This document shows positions 1 to 14,029 of a DNA stretch of 64,000 nt, piece after piece. Source of the DNA: Dendrobates tinctorius (Eukaryota); NCBI RefSeq assembly GCF_039654945.1, contig NW_027361723.1, positions 2,852,001-2,916,000 of the forward strand, read 5' to 3'. How positions within the stretch are numbered: position 1 is the first letter of the stretch; each line of letters begins with the position of its first letter. Below the pieces are notes generated by a model. It did not search any database and had not been told where the DNA came from. It was given only the letters and a program-made list of their open reading frames with translations. The translations under genes and the position numbers were made by a program.

Positions 1-1015
1 GTTTATGTGCGGGTTCTCCCTATACGGATCGCACTCTCTCAGGAATAGATGGCGGCTGCGGTTTCTGATATCACAGGTGAGAAGTGAGATTCCAGTTATC
101 GCTCAGCACTTTCTCTAGTCTCATCCATTGTAAGGGAGAGGGGTATGGTGTGCACAGCCGGGGTCTGCGGTGCTTGAGGCGGATTCTGTACAGAGCAGAG
201 ATTCAGCAGGAATACGGTCACTAAGGAGTTGAAAGTAAATTAAGTAGCGGGCGAATGGTCGGTTCTTTATTTCGATGTTCCGCCGTCATTTACTGAGCCG
301 TTAGTGAACCCTAATTTCCCGCTCAGTCGCACATTGCGCTCCGGAGAAGCGTTAGCGATCACAATCTGATGTCACACGCGCTGGGTCCTGGTGCCGCCTC
401 TCCAGTGTGTTCTGCCTATACCCGTATTTGTCCCCGGATCGGTGCTGGCGCCTTCCCACTCCCTTTTCTATATTGTCTTAGTGAACATTATTCCTGACGT
501 TGATTGGAGCAGATCCCGTGCGCGGCGATGGTCGCTGCAGATCACATCGGTGGTTGGGGATCGTTATCTTGTATCTGATATTTCTCCTCTTCTCCGGGGA
601 TGGAGCCTCCGGGACTCGTTACATGCGGCTCCCTGCCCTGTACTGGCCGCCACCACCTGTAATGAGGAGCGACTGCCTGGGTCAGATGAGGCTTCTGGAG
701 ATCACTGTCCCTAAAGTATTTATTTACTTATTACATTTTGAAGAAGCTGGAAAATAGCAACGGAAAAATCCAAATAACGGACAGATCTAGCGGCGGCGCC
801 GCGATGGGGAGTTTTGTTGAATATTCTTTGTAACTTAGAGGCGGGAAATTCAAAATCACCAACAGTCCTGTATTCAGCCAATCAGAGAAGAGGAGGAGCT
901 TAACTGCGAATTCAATACTAGAACCCCCGCCCCGGAAACCGTCATCCCTCCTGTTCTCGCTCCGGTCCGCACCTCCTCCATGTAAAGTAAAGGACTCTGC
1001 GCTCATCAGTCTTAG

Positions 1016-1405
<390 letters not shown>

Positions 1406-1779
1406 TAGAAAAAGCTATGATCTCCGCTGTGTGATGTGGCCAAATGGTTATCTGGATATACTATATGGGTCATGAATTCCTGTATGGATGAAATATCTAG
1501 AGCGCTTTATAGAGGCTACATCACAGTATAGGCATTCACCACACTCTGAGGGTACACACACCTTACCCCTCTCCCTATATTAACGTTGGTTGTTATAGAC
1601 GCCGCATGTTTTACAATGGATGAGAATAGAGAAAGGTGAGATTTCAGTTATCGCTCAGCAATCACCTGTGATATCAGAAACCGCAGCCGCCATCTATTCC
1701 TGAGAGTGCGATCCCTATATGGAGAACACGCACATAAACCGGCAGTTCAGGACTCAGCTCGTTTTTGGGAAGATTTGGT

Positions 1780-1795
1780 GGCTCTGAAAAGAGCC
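1780..1795 (-). terminator. Histone 3' stem-loop of truncated H3
   Basis: Reverse complement is GGCTCTTTTCAGAGCC followed by ACCA. Confidence 0.92.
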
Positions 1796-1824
1796 TTTGT
1801 GTTGTGGTTGGAGCCCGGGAAGAT

Positions 1825-2250
<426 letters not shown>

Positions 2251-2257
2251 TTACTAC

Positions 2258-5200
2258 TAGTGTTGAGCGATACCGTTCGATACCCAAAAATATCGTATCG
2301 GATGGTATCGCCCGATACGAAAAAAAAATCGGGTATCGCCGATTCCGATACCGGAAGTCCCATTCAAGTCAATGGGACTTCCGGTATCGGAATTAAAAAA
2401 AGGCCTTTATTTCCTTGTTGGCTAATTCTACATAATTGAAAACAAATAAGAATCATGTAGAATGTATTGTGGGAGGTGGAGGAGACATTAAAGGCATAGT
2501 GGTTTATTCAAATCACATGGCACAGCATTAAATCCAATTTTTTTTTTCAAGACGTTCGGAGTTAAAAAGATATTGACTATGTTAACCTTTTTTATATTTA
2601 GTCAGATATGTGTGTTTCACAACTTCCTTGCTCTTCACCTTCTTTTGTACTTCTCCCACACTTTCTCCTTCATGATCCGCAGCAGTAGCATTTTTTTCAT
2701 CAACTGTTTCTTCACCTTATTCATCTTCTTCTTCTTCATCTTCTCCCCATTAATTTTTTTTTTCCATTCTTCATATTCTTCTTATTCAGCTATTATTAAT
2801 TTTCATATGCTATTTCTTCATCTTCTTCCTATTCTTCTTTTTCTTCATTTTCTTATGGTGACAGGCATTCCTGTAGTACTTATCTATAAAAGTTATAAGA
2901 TTACACCTTACGTTCTGCCTGTCACAAAAGATTTACAAAAGGATTTGTCCGCGTTCAGTTTGGCCTGCAGCAGCAGGCATTTTCCAGGGGCACCACGAGG
3001 AGGAACGGACTCACCCCCATTTACTGCTTAGTCTTCTGCTTATAATTTTGATTTCTTCTATGCTGATTTTTTGTCTTATGCTTAATGTTCTTCTGCTTTC
3101 TGTTCTTCTGCTTCTTGTTCTTCTGTCTTTTGTTCTGTATCTTGGTGGTTGTCTTCATGTTCTTTGTCCTCTTGGTCTTATTATTTAGGGTCATATTTCT
3201 GGTCTTCTTTGGTGTGGTCTTCAGGGTCATCGTCATGGAGATCAATAAGGATTACCAAAGACAATTTCAAAAAGCTTGATCTTGGAAATGTAGCAGAAGG
3301 TACAAGAAGGCTGAGAAACTGGCGAGAACCAGCAGACAGTGCTGGCACCCGGATGGGTAGCAGAAGGAACAAGAGCCAATGGCACTACCGAGGACCAACT
3401 GACGGTGCTGGACCACGGTTACTAAGCAGAAGGTACCTGTGCTAAAAAGCACTACCAAGGACCAGCTGACGGTGCTGGACCTCGGATACCGAGATGGAGG
3501 CACCTAGGCCAAAGGCTCTGGCGAGAACCAGCAGACAGTGCTGGAACCCGGGTGGGTAGCAGAAGGTACCCATTGAAAGCAAAGTAGCCAGGCCGCAGTT
3601 ACCGAAACCCACAGTCCTACAGGGGGTCCATGTCCCATTGGCACTACGGATCCAGCCTTCAGTGCCAGTTCCCGCAGCCCACATAGGAGTCACCTAAACT
3701 GCAGGCACCGTAGAGTCGGCTAACCCGGCCGCAAGACGACAGGACAACGGATTGGTGGCATAGTGACCTTGACACTACCCGGAAACAGCAGGCGTGCTGG
3801 AACCCGGGTGGGTAGCAGAAGGTACCCATTCAAAGCAAAGTAGCCAGGCCGCAAGCCTGCCGCAGTTACCGAAACCCACAGTCCTACAGGGGGTCCATGT
3901 CCCATTGGCACTACGGATCCAGCCTTCAGTGCCAGTTCCCGCAGCCCACATAGGAGTCACCTAAACTGCAGGCACCGTAGAGTCGGCTAACCCGGCCGCA
4001 AGACGACAGGACAACGGATTGGTGGCATAGTGACCTTGACACTACCCGGAAACAGCAGGCGTGCTGGAACCAGGCTGGGCAACAGGGAGTCCCCGTGCCA
4101 AAGACACTGCCGAGCACCAACTGGTGTTGTTGGAGCCCAGGGACAATCATGGTGTAGGCCGAGGCCTACTTGGTGGCAGTTTTAGATTGCTTGTAGGCTA
4201 CAACAGACTGTCAACGTGCTCCAATTAGGCATCTGTCTCCACTCTGTTTCCATGATTTCACGTGACTACCAACACCGCCAGTTTATGCGTACAGTAGCCG
4301 TCTGCCCAATCCACACGTGTTCCTGTGTTACTGGTGTTCTGTAATGTCAGCAGATCCCCTGATGTTTGTCTGCCACTGTCTCCTGCTCTGTCCACATTCC
4401 CACCGCTTACAGTGGGAAGGTGGACAGCGCAGGAGACAGTGCCGGACACACATTGGGGGATCTGCTGACGTAACAGAACCCCAGTAACACAGGAACACGT
4501 GTGGAATGCGTGGACGGCAACTGTGAGCAGGAACTGGCGGTGTTGGAGGTCAGGGGAAATACTAGAGACAGAGTGGAGACAGAGGCCAAATCAGAGAATT
4601 TTTAAATCTGAAGTAGTTACAATTTGGAGGCAGCAGCAGTTTGCCCTCCACACAGCAGGGGATCAGCTGACGTTACTGAACCTCACTTTCACATGAACGA
4701 GTGTGTTTTTCTGTGTGGACAGCACTTCCGAGCACCAACAGGCGGTGTTGGAGCCCAGTGACAATCATGGTGCAGGCCGAGGCCTACTAGGAGCCAGGTG
4801 TAAAGCTGAGGTATTTTGACTTTGGAGGGAGCAGGACACTTTGCCCTCCACACAGCAGGGGGATCAGCTGACGTTACCGAACCCCACTTTCACATGAACG
4901 AGTGTGTTTTTCTGTGTGGACGGCACTTCCGAGCAACAACTGACGATGTTGGAGCCCAGGGATAGTCATTTTGTAGGCTGAGGCCTACTTGGAGGCAGTT
5001 TAAGATAAGACGTTGTTTGAATTTGGAGGCAGCAGCAGTTTGCCCTCCACACAGCAGGGGATCAGCTGACATTACTGACCCCCACATTCACATGAACAAG
5101 TGTCTTTTTCTGTGTGGACAGCACTTCCGAGCACCAACTAGCGTTGTTGGAGCCCAGGGAGAACCAGGGTGCAGGCCGAGGCCTACTTGGTGGCAGTTTT

Positions 5201-6575
5201 AGATTGTTTGTAGGCTACAACAGGTTGTCAACGTGCTCCAATTGGGCATCTGTCTCCACTCTGTTTCCAGGATTTCACGTGACCACCAACACCGCCAGTT
5301 TATGCGTACAGTAGCCGTCTGCCCAATCCACACGTGTTCCTGTGTTACTGGGATTCTGTAATGTCAGCAGATCCCCTGATGTGTGTCTGCCACTGTCTCC
5401 TGCTCTGTCCACATGTCCACCTTCCCACTGCAAGCGGTGGGAATGTGGACAGAGCAGGAGACAGTGGCAGACACACATTGGGGGATCTGCTGACGTAACA
5501 GAACCCCAGTAATACAGGAACACGTGTGGATTGCGTGGATGGCAACTGTGAGCAGGAACTGGCGGTGTTGGAGGTCAGAGGAAATTCTAGAGACAGAGTG
5601 GAGACAGAGGCCAAATCAGAGAATGTTTAAATCTGAAGTAGCTAACATTTGGAGGCAGCAGCAGTTTGCCCGCCACACAGCAGGGGATCAGCTGACGTTA
5701 CCGAACCCCACTTTCACATGAACGAGTGTGTTTTTCTGTGTGGACAGCACTTCCGAGCACCAACTGGCGTTGTCGGAGCCCAGGGAAAATGAGGTAGTAG
5801 GCTGAGGCCTACTTGGAGCCAGGTGTAAATCTGAGGTTGTTTGACTGTGGAGGGAGCAGGACACTTTGCCATACACACAGCAGGGGATCAGCTGACGTTA
5901 CCGAACCCCACTTACACATGAGCGAGTGTTTTGTCTGTGCGGACAGCACTTCTGAGCACCAACTGGCGGTGTCGGAGCCCAGGGAAAATCAGGTAGTAGG
6001 CTGAGGCCTAATTGGTGGCAGTTTGCGATTGTTTCTAGACTACTACTAACTGTCAACGTACTCCAATTAGGCCTCTGTCTTCACTCTGTTTCGAGTATTT
6101 CCGCTGGCTTCCAACCACGCCAGTTGCTGCTCTGAAATGCCGTCTGCACATCCACACTTGTTCCTGTGTTACTGGGGTTCTGTAACAGCAGCTTCTCCCT
6201 AGAGGTGAGTCAGGCAATGTCTCCTGCTCTGTCCACATTTCCACTACAAGTAGTGGGAATGTAGACAAAGCAGGAGACATTGCCGTGCTCAACTCTGGAG
6301 ATGAGCAGATGTTACAGGACCCAGGTACCACAGGAACAAGTGTGGATTGTGCAGACGGCACTTGACAGCAGAAACAGGCGGTGTTGTAGGCCGGAGGAAA
6401 TACTCAAAACAGAGTGGAGACAGAGGGCAAATCAGAGAACATATTAAATCAGAGGTAGTCAGAAGTTGTAGGCAGCAGGAGAGTTTGCCGTACACACAGC
6501 AGGGGATCAGCTGACGTTACCGAACCCCACTTACACATGACCGAGTGTTTTGTCTGTGCGGACAGCACTTCAGAG
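2258..6575. mobile_element. hAT-family element fragment A (TAGTGTTGAGCG end, CCGATAC subterminal repeats, internal tandem and palindromic repeats), truncated by element B
   Basis: The terminus is nearly identical to one end of the TSD-validated hATs at 30629-33716 and 40182-43670. Internal duplications span 3300-4100 and 4100-6575. Confidence 0.7.
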
Positions 6576-6735
6576 TAGAGTTGAGCGAAACGGGTCGAAA
6601 AAATTCAAAAGTCGCCGACTTTTGGCAAAGTCGGGTTTCATGAAACGAAACCCGACCCTAGGATGAGGTCGGCCACGAGGTCGGCGACTTACGCGCCAAA
6701 GTCGCGTTTCAAAAGTTTGTTTTGCGCTCTTTCAG

Positions 6736-6880
6736 CCAATCAGGATCCACGGACACTGTGGGCAACGTGATGACCTAGGCACGGGTCACCACCATCTTTC
6801 AGAAGGGCATGCAAGTGATTGGCTTGCTTTGGTGGGCCTCACAGGGGGTATAAAAGGGCGTGCACGCCGACCGCCATCTT
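6736..6880 (+). promoter_or_regulatory. Putative Pol II promoter of the hAT transposase (CCAAT, inverted CCAAT, TATAAAA, YY1-like CCGCCATCTT)
   Basis: CCAAT 6736, ATTGG 6818, TATAAAA 6849-6855, CCGCCATCTT 6871-6880. The arrangement is conserved in copies C (~15458-15601, -) and F (~58366-58510). Confidence 0.6.
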
Positions 6881-7140
6881 ACTTCTGCCGATCTTAGTAT
6901 AGGGAGAGGTTGCTGCTGATTCTGTAGGGAGAGCATTAGGATGGGAAGAAGACAAAAAAACTGCTTCTGCTGCTAGCGATTTGGCCTGCACAACACACAA
7001 GTCACTGTGTGTGCAGTGCAAGGGGAGGCTATATTGTGGTGTATCAGTGGTGTTGGTTGTTGGGCTGCCTTCTAAGGCTTCCTGACACGCTGGCATTGCT
7101 GTTTACCCACTGCTCCACAAACTGCTTTTTTAAAAGCAAT

Positions 7141-8667
7141 CCAATCTCCCTTATCCTCTAGTCACTTTTGTCACAGCTGTGCCATCGAGCCTGTCACATA
7201 GCGCTCAGATATCAGTGGGCCTCACACAATCCACAAGTGTCCAGTGTCCAAAAGTGTGCGCAGAGATTCAAAATTTCCATTATCCTCTCGTCACTTTGGT
7301 CACAGGCAGCTGTGCCATCGAGCGTGTCACATAGCGCTCAGATATCAGTGGGCCTCACACAATCCACAAGTGTCCAGTGTCCAAAAGTGTGCGCAGAGAT
7401 TCAAAATCTCCATTATCCTCTCGTCACTTTGGTCACAGGCAGCTGTGCCATCGAGCGTGTCACATAGCGCTCAGATATCAGTGGGCCTCACACAATCCAC
7501 AAGTGTCCAGTGTCCAAAAGTGTGCGCAGAGATTCAAAATCTCCATTATCCTCTCGTCACTTTGGTCACAGGCAGCTGTGCCATCGAGCGTGTCACATAG
7601 CGCTCAGATATCAGTGGGCCTCACACAATCCACAAGTGTCCAGTGTCCAAAAGTGTGCGCAGAGATTCAAAATCTCCATTATCCTCTCGTCACTTTGGTC
7701 ACAGGCAGCTGTGCCATCGAGCGTGTCACATAGCGCTCAGATATCAGTGGGCCTCACACAATCCACAAGTGTCCAGTGTCCAAAAGTGTGCGCAGAGATT
7801 CAAAATCTCCATTATCCTCTCGTCACTTTGGTCACAGGCAGCTGTGCCATCGAGCGTGTCACATAGCGCTCAGATATCAGTGGGCCTCACACAATCCACA
7901 AGTGTCCAGTGTCCAAAAGTGTGCGCAGAGATTCAAAATCTCCATTATCCTCTCGTCACTTTGGTCACAGGCAGCTGTGCCATCGAGCGTGTCACATAGC
8001 GCTCAGATATCAGTGAGCCTCACACAATCCACAAGTGTCCAGTGTCCAAAAGTGTGCGCAGAGATTCAAAATCTCCATTATCCTCTCGTCACTTTGGTCA
8101 CAGGCAGCTGTGCCATCGAGCGTGTCACATAGCGCTCAGATATCAGTGGGCCTCACACAATCCACAAGTGTCCAGTGTCCAAAAGTGTGCGCAGAGATTC
8201 AAAATCTCCATTATCCTCTCGTCACTTTGGTCACAGGCAGCTGTGCCATCGAGCGTGTCACATAGCGCTCAGATATCAGTGGGCCTCACACAATCCACAA
8301 GTGTCCAGTGTCCAAAAGTGTGCGCAGAGATTCAAAATCTCCATTATCCTCTCGTCACTTTGGTCACAGGCAGCTGTGCCATCGAGCCTGTCACATAGCG
8401 CTCAGATATCAGTGGGCCTCACACAATCCACAAGTGTCCAGTGTCCAAAAGTGTGCGCAGAGATTCAAAATCTCCATTATCCTCTCGTCACTTTGGTCAC
8501 AGCTGTGCCATCGAGCCTGTCACATAGCGCTCAGATATCAGTGGGCCTCACACAATCCACAAGTGTCCAGTGTCCAATAGTGTGCGCAGAGATTCAAAAT
8601 CTCCATTATCCTCTCGTCACTTTGGTCACAGGCAGCTGTGCCATCGAGTGTGTCACATAGCGCTCAG
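7141..8667 (+). repeat. 133-bp tandem array (~11 units) inside hAT B
   Basis: ORF starts recur every 133 bp (7244, 7377, 7510, 7643, 7776); units are near-identical. Confidence 0.95.
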
Positions 8668-9514
8668 TAGAGTTGAGCGACTTGTTTTTTTAGGGTCGCG
8701 TTTCGTTTCGTGAAACCCGACTTTTCCAAAAGTCGGGTCGAGCAAGATCGTCCGATTATAGGGAAAAGTCGGGGTCGTCCCGAAACACGAAACCCAATGT
8801 AAGTCAATGGGGAATAAAAGTCGGCAGTGAGAGGAGGACAGGAAACACACCTACAGTGCCCATTTGAATGCCAAAAGCATCAATTCTTCTTACTTAAGCT
8901 TGTCAACCTTAATTAACTTCATAATACAAGTTACGCACTGAAAAATGGGGGTTATTTGGCTAAAGTTGTGGGGGGGGGGAGGGCTGGCTGCAGGTTTTCA
9001 TGTGCCCTGGGCGAAAGAGCGCCCCTTTAACACATACCACAACTCATCATGCTCCGATACGGCAGATAAATAGCGGTATAGTACAATGAAAAATACCTCA
9101 CTTTTTACATCTCATGACGAGGCCCATCTATTTCTCCATACAGAATCATTGGTCCCATATAATGTTTGAAACAGTATATGATGAGCTCCACATAATGCTA
9201 CAGTATATGTTGGTCCCCATGGATGAAGCTCCACTGTCTTGTGGGCCCAAATAATGCTCCAAACATAATGGGCCCCATTTCTAATGCTCTAGTGTATAAT
9301 GGGCCCTGTAAATGCTGCTCCAGTGTCTGATGTCCACCTTTGGAATGTTCCAGTGTATGGTGGGCCCCATCTATCATTCTCCAGAGTATAGTGCTCCCCA
9401 AAAATTGCTGTCCCAACATTGAAAACAATCAAATAAGTCTCCTCGCTAGGGTATCCCTGTACTTGTCTGGACAGGTGCTGTAGCTTGCTTAACAGCTCGC
9501 CAGCCGTTCTCACG

Positions 9515-10012
9515 CCCAGTATGGATTGCACGTGATTGCACAAAGGTTAGAAAGGGTACCGTATCCCTGGATAACATGTATGGATAGCGTACACATTCAA
9601 AATATATGTCTCAGGAGGCAGGCTCAGACGGTGTTAGGCCCAGTATGGATTGCACAAAGGTTAGAAAGGGTACCGTATCCCTGGATAACATGTATGGATA
9701 GCGTACACATTCAAAATATGTGTCTCAGGAGGCAGGCTCAGACGGTGTCAGGCCCAGTATGGATTGCACGTGATTGCACAAAGGTTAGAAAGGGTACCGT
9801 ATCCCTGGATAACATGTATGGATAGCGTACACATTCAAAATATATGTCTCAGGAGGCAGGCTCAGACGGTGTTAGGCCCAGTATGGATTGCACGTGATTG
9901 CACAAAGGTTAGAAAGGGTACCGTATCCCCGGATAACATGTATGGATAGCGTACACATTCAAAATATATGTCTCAGGAGGCAGGCTCAGACGGTGTCAGG
10001 CACAGTATGGAT
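9515..10012. repeat. 124-bp tandem repeat x4 (one 114-bp unit) in the 3' region of hAT C
   Basis: ATGGAT recurs at 9521, 9645, 9759, 9883 and 10007; the homologous region of copy D has a single unit. Confidence 0.9.
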
Positions 10013-10431
10013 TTGACGGCCCAGATTACACAGCGGAGGAGCAGGGAGAGGTAAAGATTGCAAATGCTGGGGCCCTGCCCAAGCAAGGGGGGCCCACTCG
10101 TGGGCGTCGGTACTGGCACTGGGCCCCTCATAGTACAGCGGTGTGTCTGACGGCGGGTGTGCACCACCACCGTCAGAGACACTTGATTGCACTATGAGGG
10201 ACCCTGTGCCAGTGCCCGCGCCCAAGAGTCGGCCTACCCACCTGTCCAGGGCAACGGCACTCGCACGGTGTCGTGCGGTAGGTGGTGACCCCGGCCATGG
10301 GGGGGAGGCAGCACAGTTAGGGAGTTTTAGAAAGTGGCATATGTTGATGTTGGACATTCAGCTGATGCAAAAGGCGAAATAGGTGAAGTACCAGGAAGAG
10401 GTGGACCAAAGCAAGCCATTTTTCTGTCACC

Positions 10432-13400
10432 CTATGTGTCATCAGGGGAAGGTGGGACAAAATCCTTGGAAACCCATGCGTGGTTCATTTTAATGAAGGT
10501 TAGATCAGCCACATTTTGGGTTGACAGACGGGTCCTTTTTTCTGTCAGGATTGATCCAGCTGCACTGAAGACTCTTTCCGATAGCACACTTGCAGCTGGG
10601 CAAGCGAGCTCCTGTAAGGCATATTGGGCCAATTCAGGCCAGGTGTCCAGTTTAGCGGCCCAATAGTCAAAGGGGAATGACCTGTGTGGGAGAACATCGA
10701 TATGGGAGGAAAAGTAGTTTGTAACCATAGTTGACAACTGCTGTCTCCTGTCACTTTCCATCGATGCAGTATTACCAGTTGTGTGAGCGGTATTTGAAAA
10801 ATCAGTCCACAACATTGTCATGAAACCCCTGTCTCCAACACCACTTCTGCTGTGTGCACCACGAACACCTCTGCCAAGCTGCCCCCGGCCCGTACGGCTC
10901 GTGTGAGAACCATCACCGCTGCTGTGTGCTGCGAATGCCTCAAGCAACCGATTTACCAGAGTTGCTTCTTTATTAGCCAATATTAGGTCAAGGTTCTCCT
11001 GTGGCATGATGTTTTGTAATTTGCCTTTATAGCGTGGATCCAGGATGCTGGCCAACCAGTAGTCGTCATCGTTCATCATTTTGGCAATGCGGGGGTCCCT
11101 TTTTAGGATCCGCAAGGCATAATCTGACATGTGGGCCAATGTTCCCGGTGTCAATGATGCACTGCGAGTGCTGGGTGGAGGAGCACTTTCTGGCAAATCC
11201 ACATCCCTCCAGTCACGCACAAACCCTGTACCAGACCTTGCCACGCCAACATTTTCACTTGCCCCACGAGATGCATCCTCCTCCCCTAAGTAATCATCCC
11301 CATCATCCTCCTCCTCCTCCTCTTCTTCCTCCACCTCGTCCAGGAGAGGTCCCTGAGCAGACAATGGCTGAATGTCATCAAGGATTCCCTCCTCCTCTTC
11401 CTCAACATTGGCTGCAGACGCCTGCTCCTTAAGGTGCGTCAAAGTTTGCATGAGCAGACGCATAAGTGGGATGCTCATGCTTAGGATGGCGTCGTCTGCG
11501 CTTACCAGCCGTGTGCATTCCTCAAAACACTGAAGGACTTTACAAAGGTCTTTCAGCTTCGACCACTGCACGCCTGTCAACTCCATGTCTGCTCTCAAAG
11601 TGCCTGGCCGTGTATCCTCCCATAAATGCATTATGGCCTGCCTCTGCTCGCACAGCCGCTCCACCATGTGCAGGGTGGAGTTCCACCTTGTTGCAATGTC
11701 GATAATGAGGCGGTGGTTGGGAAGGTGGAGCAATCGCTGCAGCTTCTGCATACGAACGGAGTGTACAGGCGACCGGCGGATGTGCGCGCACAGTCTTCGC
11801 ACCTTCTGGAGCAGGGCTGTTAACTCCGGATAATTTTTGAGGAAGCACTGCACCACCAGGTTCAAGGTGTGAGCCAAGCAAGGTATGTGGCTGAGTTTTG
11901 AAAGGGCTATGGCTGCCACAAAATTACGGCCGTTATCACTAACTACCTTGCCTGCCTCAAGATGTACACTGCCCAGCCATGACTCAGTTTGTCGCTTCAA
12001 GTACTCGGCCAGCACCTCGGCGGTATGTCTGTCGCCCACACACATCATCTGCAACACAGCCTGCTGACGCTTTCCACTAGCTGCTCGATAGGGGGACACA
12101 TCGTGTGCAACAGTGGCAGCTGCAGATGGAGTGCTCGTACGACTGCGCTCTGTGGACGAGCTTTCGCTTCTGGAGGAGGAGGAGGAGGAGGGTGGAACGC
12201 CTACAGCCAACTGTTTCCTATACCGTGGGCTAGGCAGCACTGTCCCACCACCGCTGTCCCCTGTGGACCCTGCATCCACCACATTAACCCAGTGCGCAGT
12301 GATGGACACGTAACGGCCCTGGCCATGCCGACTGGACCATGCATCAGTTGTGAGGTGCACCTTTCCGCTCACTGACTGCTTGAGTGCATGGACAATGCGG
12401 TCTTTCACATGATGGTGGAGGGCTGGGATGGCTTTGCGAGAGAAGAAGTGGCGACTGGGTAGGTCATAGCGTGGTACTGCATAGGCCATGAGTTCGCGGA
12501 AAGCTGTGCTTTCCACCAACCGAAAGGGCATCATCTCAAACGAGATTAGTTTGGCAATGTGGGCGTTCAAACCCAGTGTACGCGGATGAGAGACTGAGTA
12601 CTTTCTTGACCTACTCATAGTGTCTGGGAGGGTGAGCTGGACTTGAGAGCTGCATATGGTGGAAGTAGCGGTGGACAGGGCGGACTGAGAGAGGGTTGAT
12701 GATGGTGATGGAGTTGGTGTTCTTTCTGATGGCCTAGAATCAGTCTTTCGTTGATATAACAGTGGGATTCCCTGACTGCTGTGGCCTTGCAACGACACCT
12801 CAACATTTGCTGCTGTGCTAACCGGGGGGCTTACAGTGGGGGAAACAATGTAGCGTTGCTGACTACCTTCGTTGTGATCAGTTGCACATGTGGCACTTGA
12901 GGTTTGGTGTTGTGTCCACGCTTGCAAGTGCATGCTGGTTAAATGTCTAAGCATGCAACTGGTATTCAAATTTTTCAGTTTTTTCCCTCGGCTAAAGGTC
13001 TTTGCGCACTTCTTACAGATAACCTTGGCCTGATCATGAGGATTTTGTTCAAAAAAGTGCCACACTGCACTCTTCCTACTTTGGCAGACATTTTGCGGCC
13101 TAGCACGCTGTGATCTTTTGACCCTCTGGACAAGCTGTCCAGCAACTCTTTTGATGTTTGGAACCTGTCTTTGGAGTGCTCCGGGCCTGCCAGATAACAG
13201 CTGTTGCGATGTCGATGTCTGCTGTGGATGCTCCTCATCTGAGCTATTGGAAGCAGCACCCTCTTCCCCCAATGGATGCCAATCTGGGTCAACAACTGGG
13301 TCATCCATCACCTCCTCTTCTATGTCATGTGCACCTTCCTCTGTGTCACCGTGTATGGTGGTATAGTGTGCGGGAAGGGGCACCTGAGTCTCATCAGGGT

Positions 13401-13959
13401 CAGAATCTGGCTCTGTACACTACGAGGACAATGTAGTGCTCTGAGTGAATGTACCAGCAGAATCATCCATCAGCGGCTGTGCATCAGTGCACTCCATGTC
13501 AGATTCATCTTGGCCTGGGTAATTCACCATTTCACTTGATAATCCAGGCATGGTATGTGAAAACAGCTCCATGGAGTAATCAGTAGTATGGCCTGCATCA
13601 TCCTTCAATCTTGGTTGGGGTGAAGGACACAAGGAAAGGTGTGGTTCATGAACATGAGCCTCCAATGACGACTCAGTGCTTTTACTTTTTACAACTGAAG
13701 AAGAGGAGGCGATAGAGCTGGAGGCTGAGTCAGCAATGTAAGACAAAACTTTTTCCTGATGCTCTGGCTTTAAAAGCGGTTTGCCAACTCCTAGAACACT
13801 AAGCGTTCAAGGCCTTATGTAGCCAGACGATGACGCAGGCTCAACACCTCCTGCATTCGGTCCTATTTTGCTCTTGCCACTACCATCAGATCCACCACCA
13901 TCATTACCAGCTGCCAACCCCCGCCCAATTCCACGGCCTCTTCCACCAGCCTTCCTCAT
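10432..13959 (-). pseudogene. hAT (Ac/ZBED4-like) transposase, ~1175 codons with two N-terminal nonsense codons; BED, DDE and dimerisation regions open (983 codons)
   Basis: One frame runs from ATG 13959 (MRKAGG) with stops at 13807-13809 and 13420-13422. Motifs: BED finger (VWHFF..CKKC..LRHLTSMH), TTDAWSS, VSDNGRN, CLAHTLNL, TRWNST, ASVLSERVFS. Confidence 0.9.
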
Positions 13960-14029
13960 TTTTGGTAGAAATGTAGACAAAATCCAACAAACTATATAGT
14001 ATGTAAAACAAGGTACAAGGTGTCTATAG

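Larger units (their letters stand above)
6576..8667 (+). mobile_element. hAT element B: left end, promoter and satellite, truncated by element C
   Basis: Starts TAGAGTTGAGCGAAACGGG and is the inverted homologue of 14030-15764. Confidence 0.88.

Noticed and set aside
391-757. Duplicated 107-aa and 85-aa ORFs (also at 53971-54337)
   Set aside because: Non-ATG starts and no recognisable domain; the identity reflects the recent inverted duplication.
2970-3005. Second 18S-like trace (GGGCACCACGAGGAG) in element A
   Set aside because: Too short to distinguish from chance without an alignment.
7141-8667. CRISPR-like array or repeated 118-aa proteins
   Set aside because: Units are contiguous near-identical monomers with no unique spacers and no cas genes; the ORFs are by-products of the 133-bp period.
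10432-13383. Domesticated host ZBED4 gene
   Set aside because: Flanked by TIRs, multicopy within the window and carrying upstream nonsense codons, so a transposon ORF.
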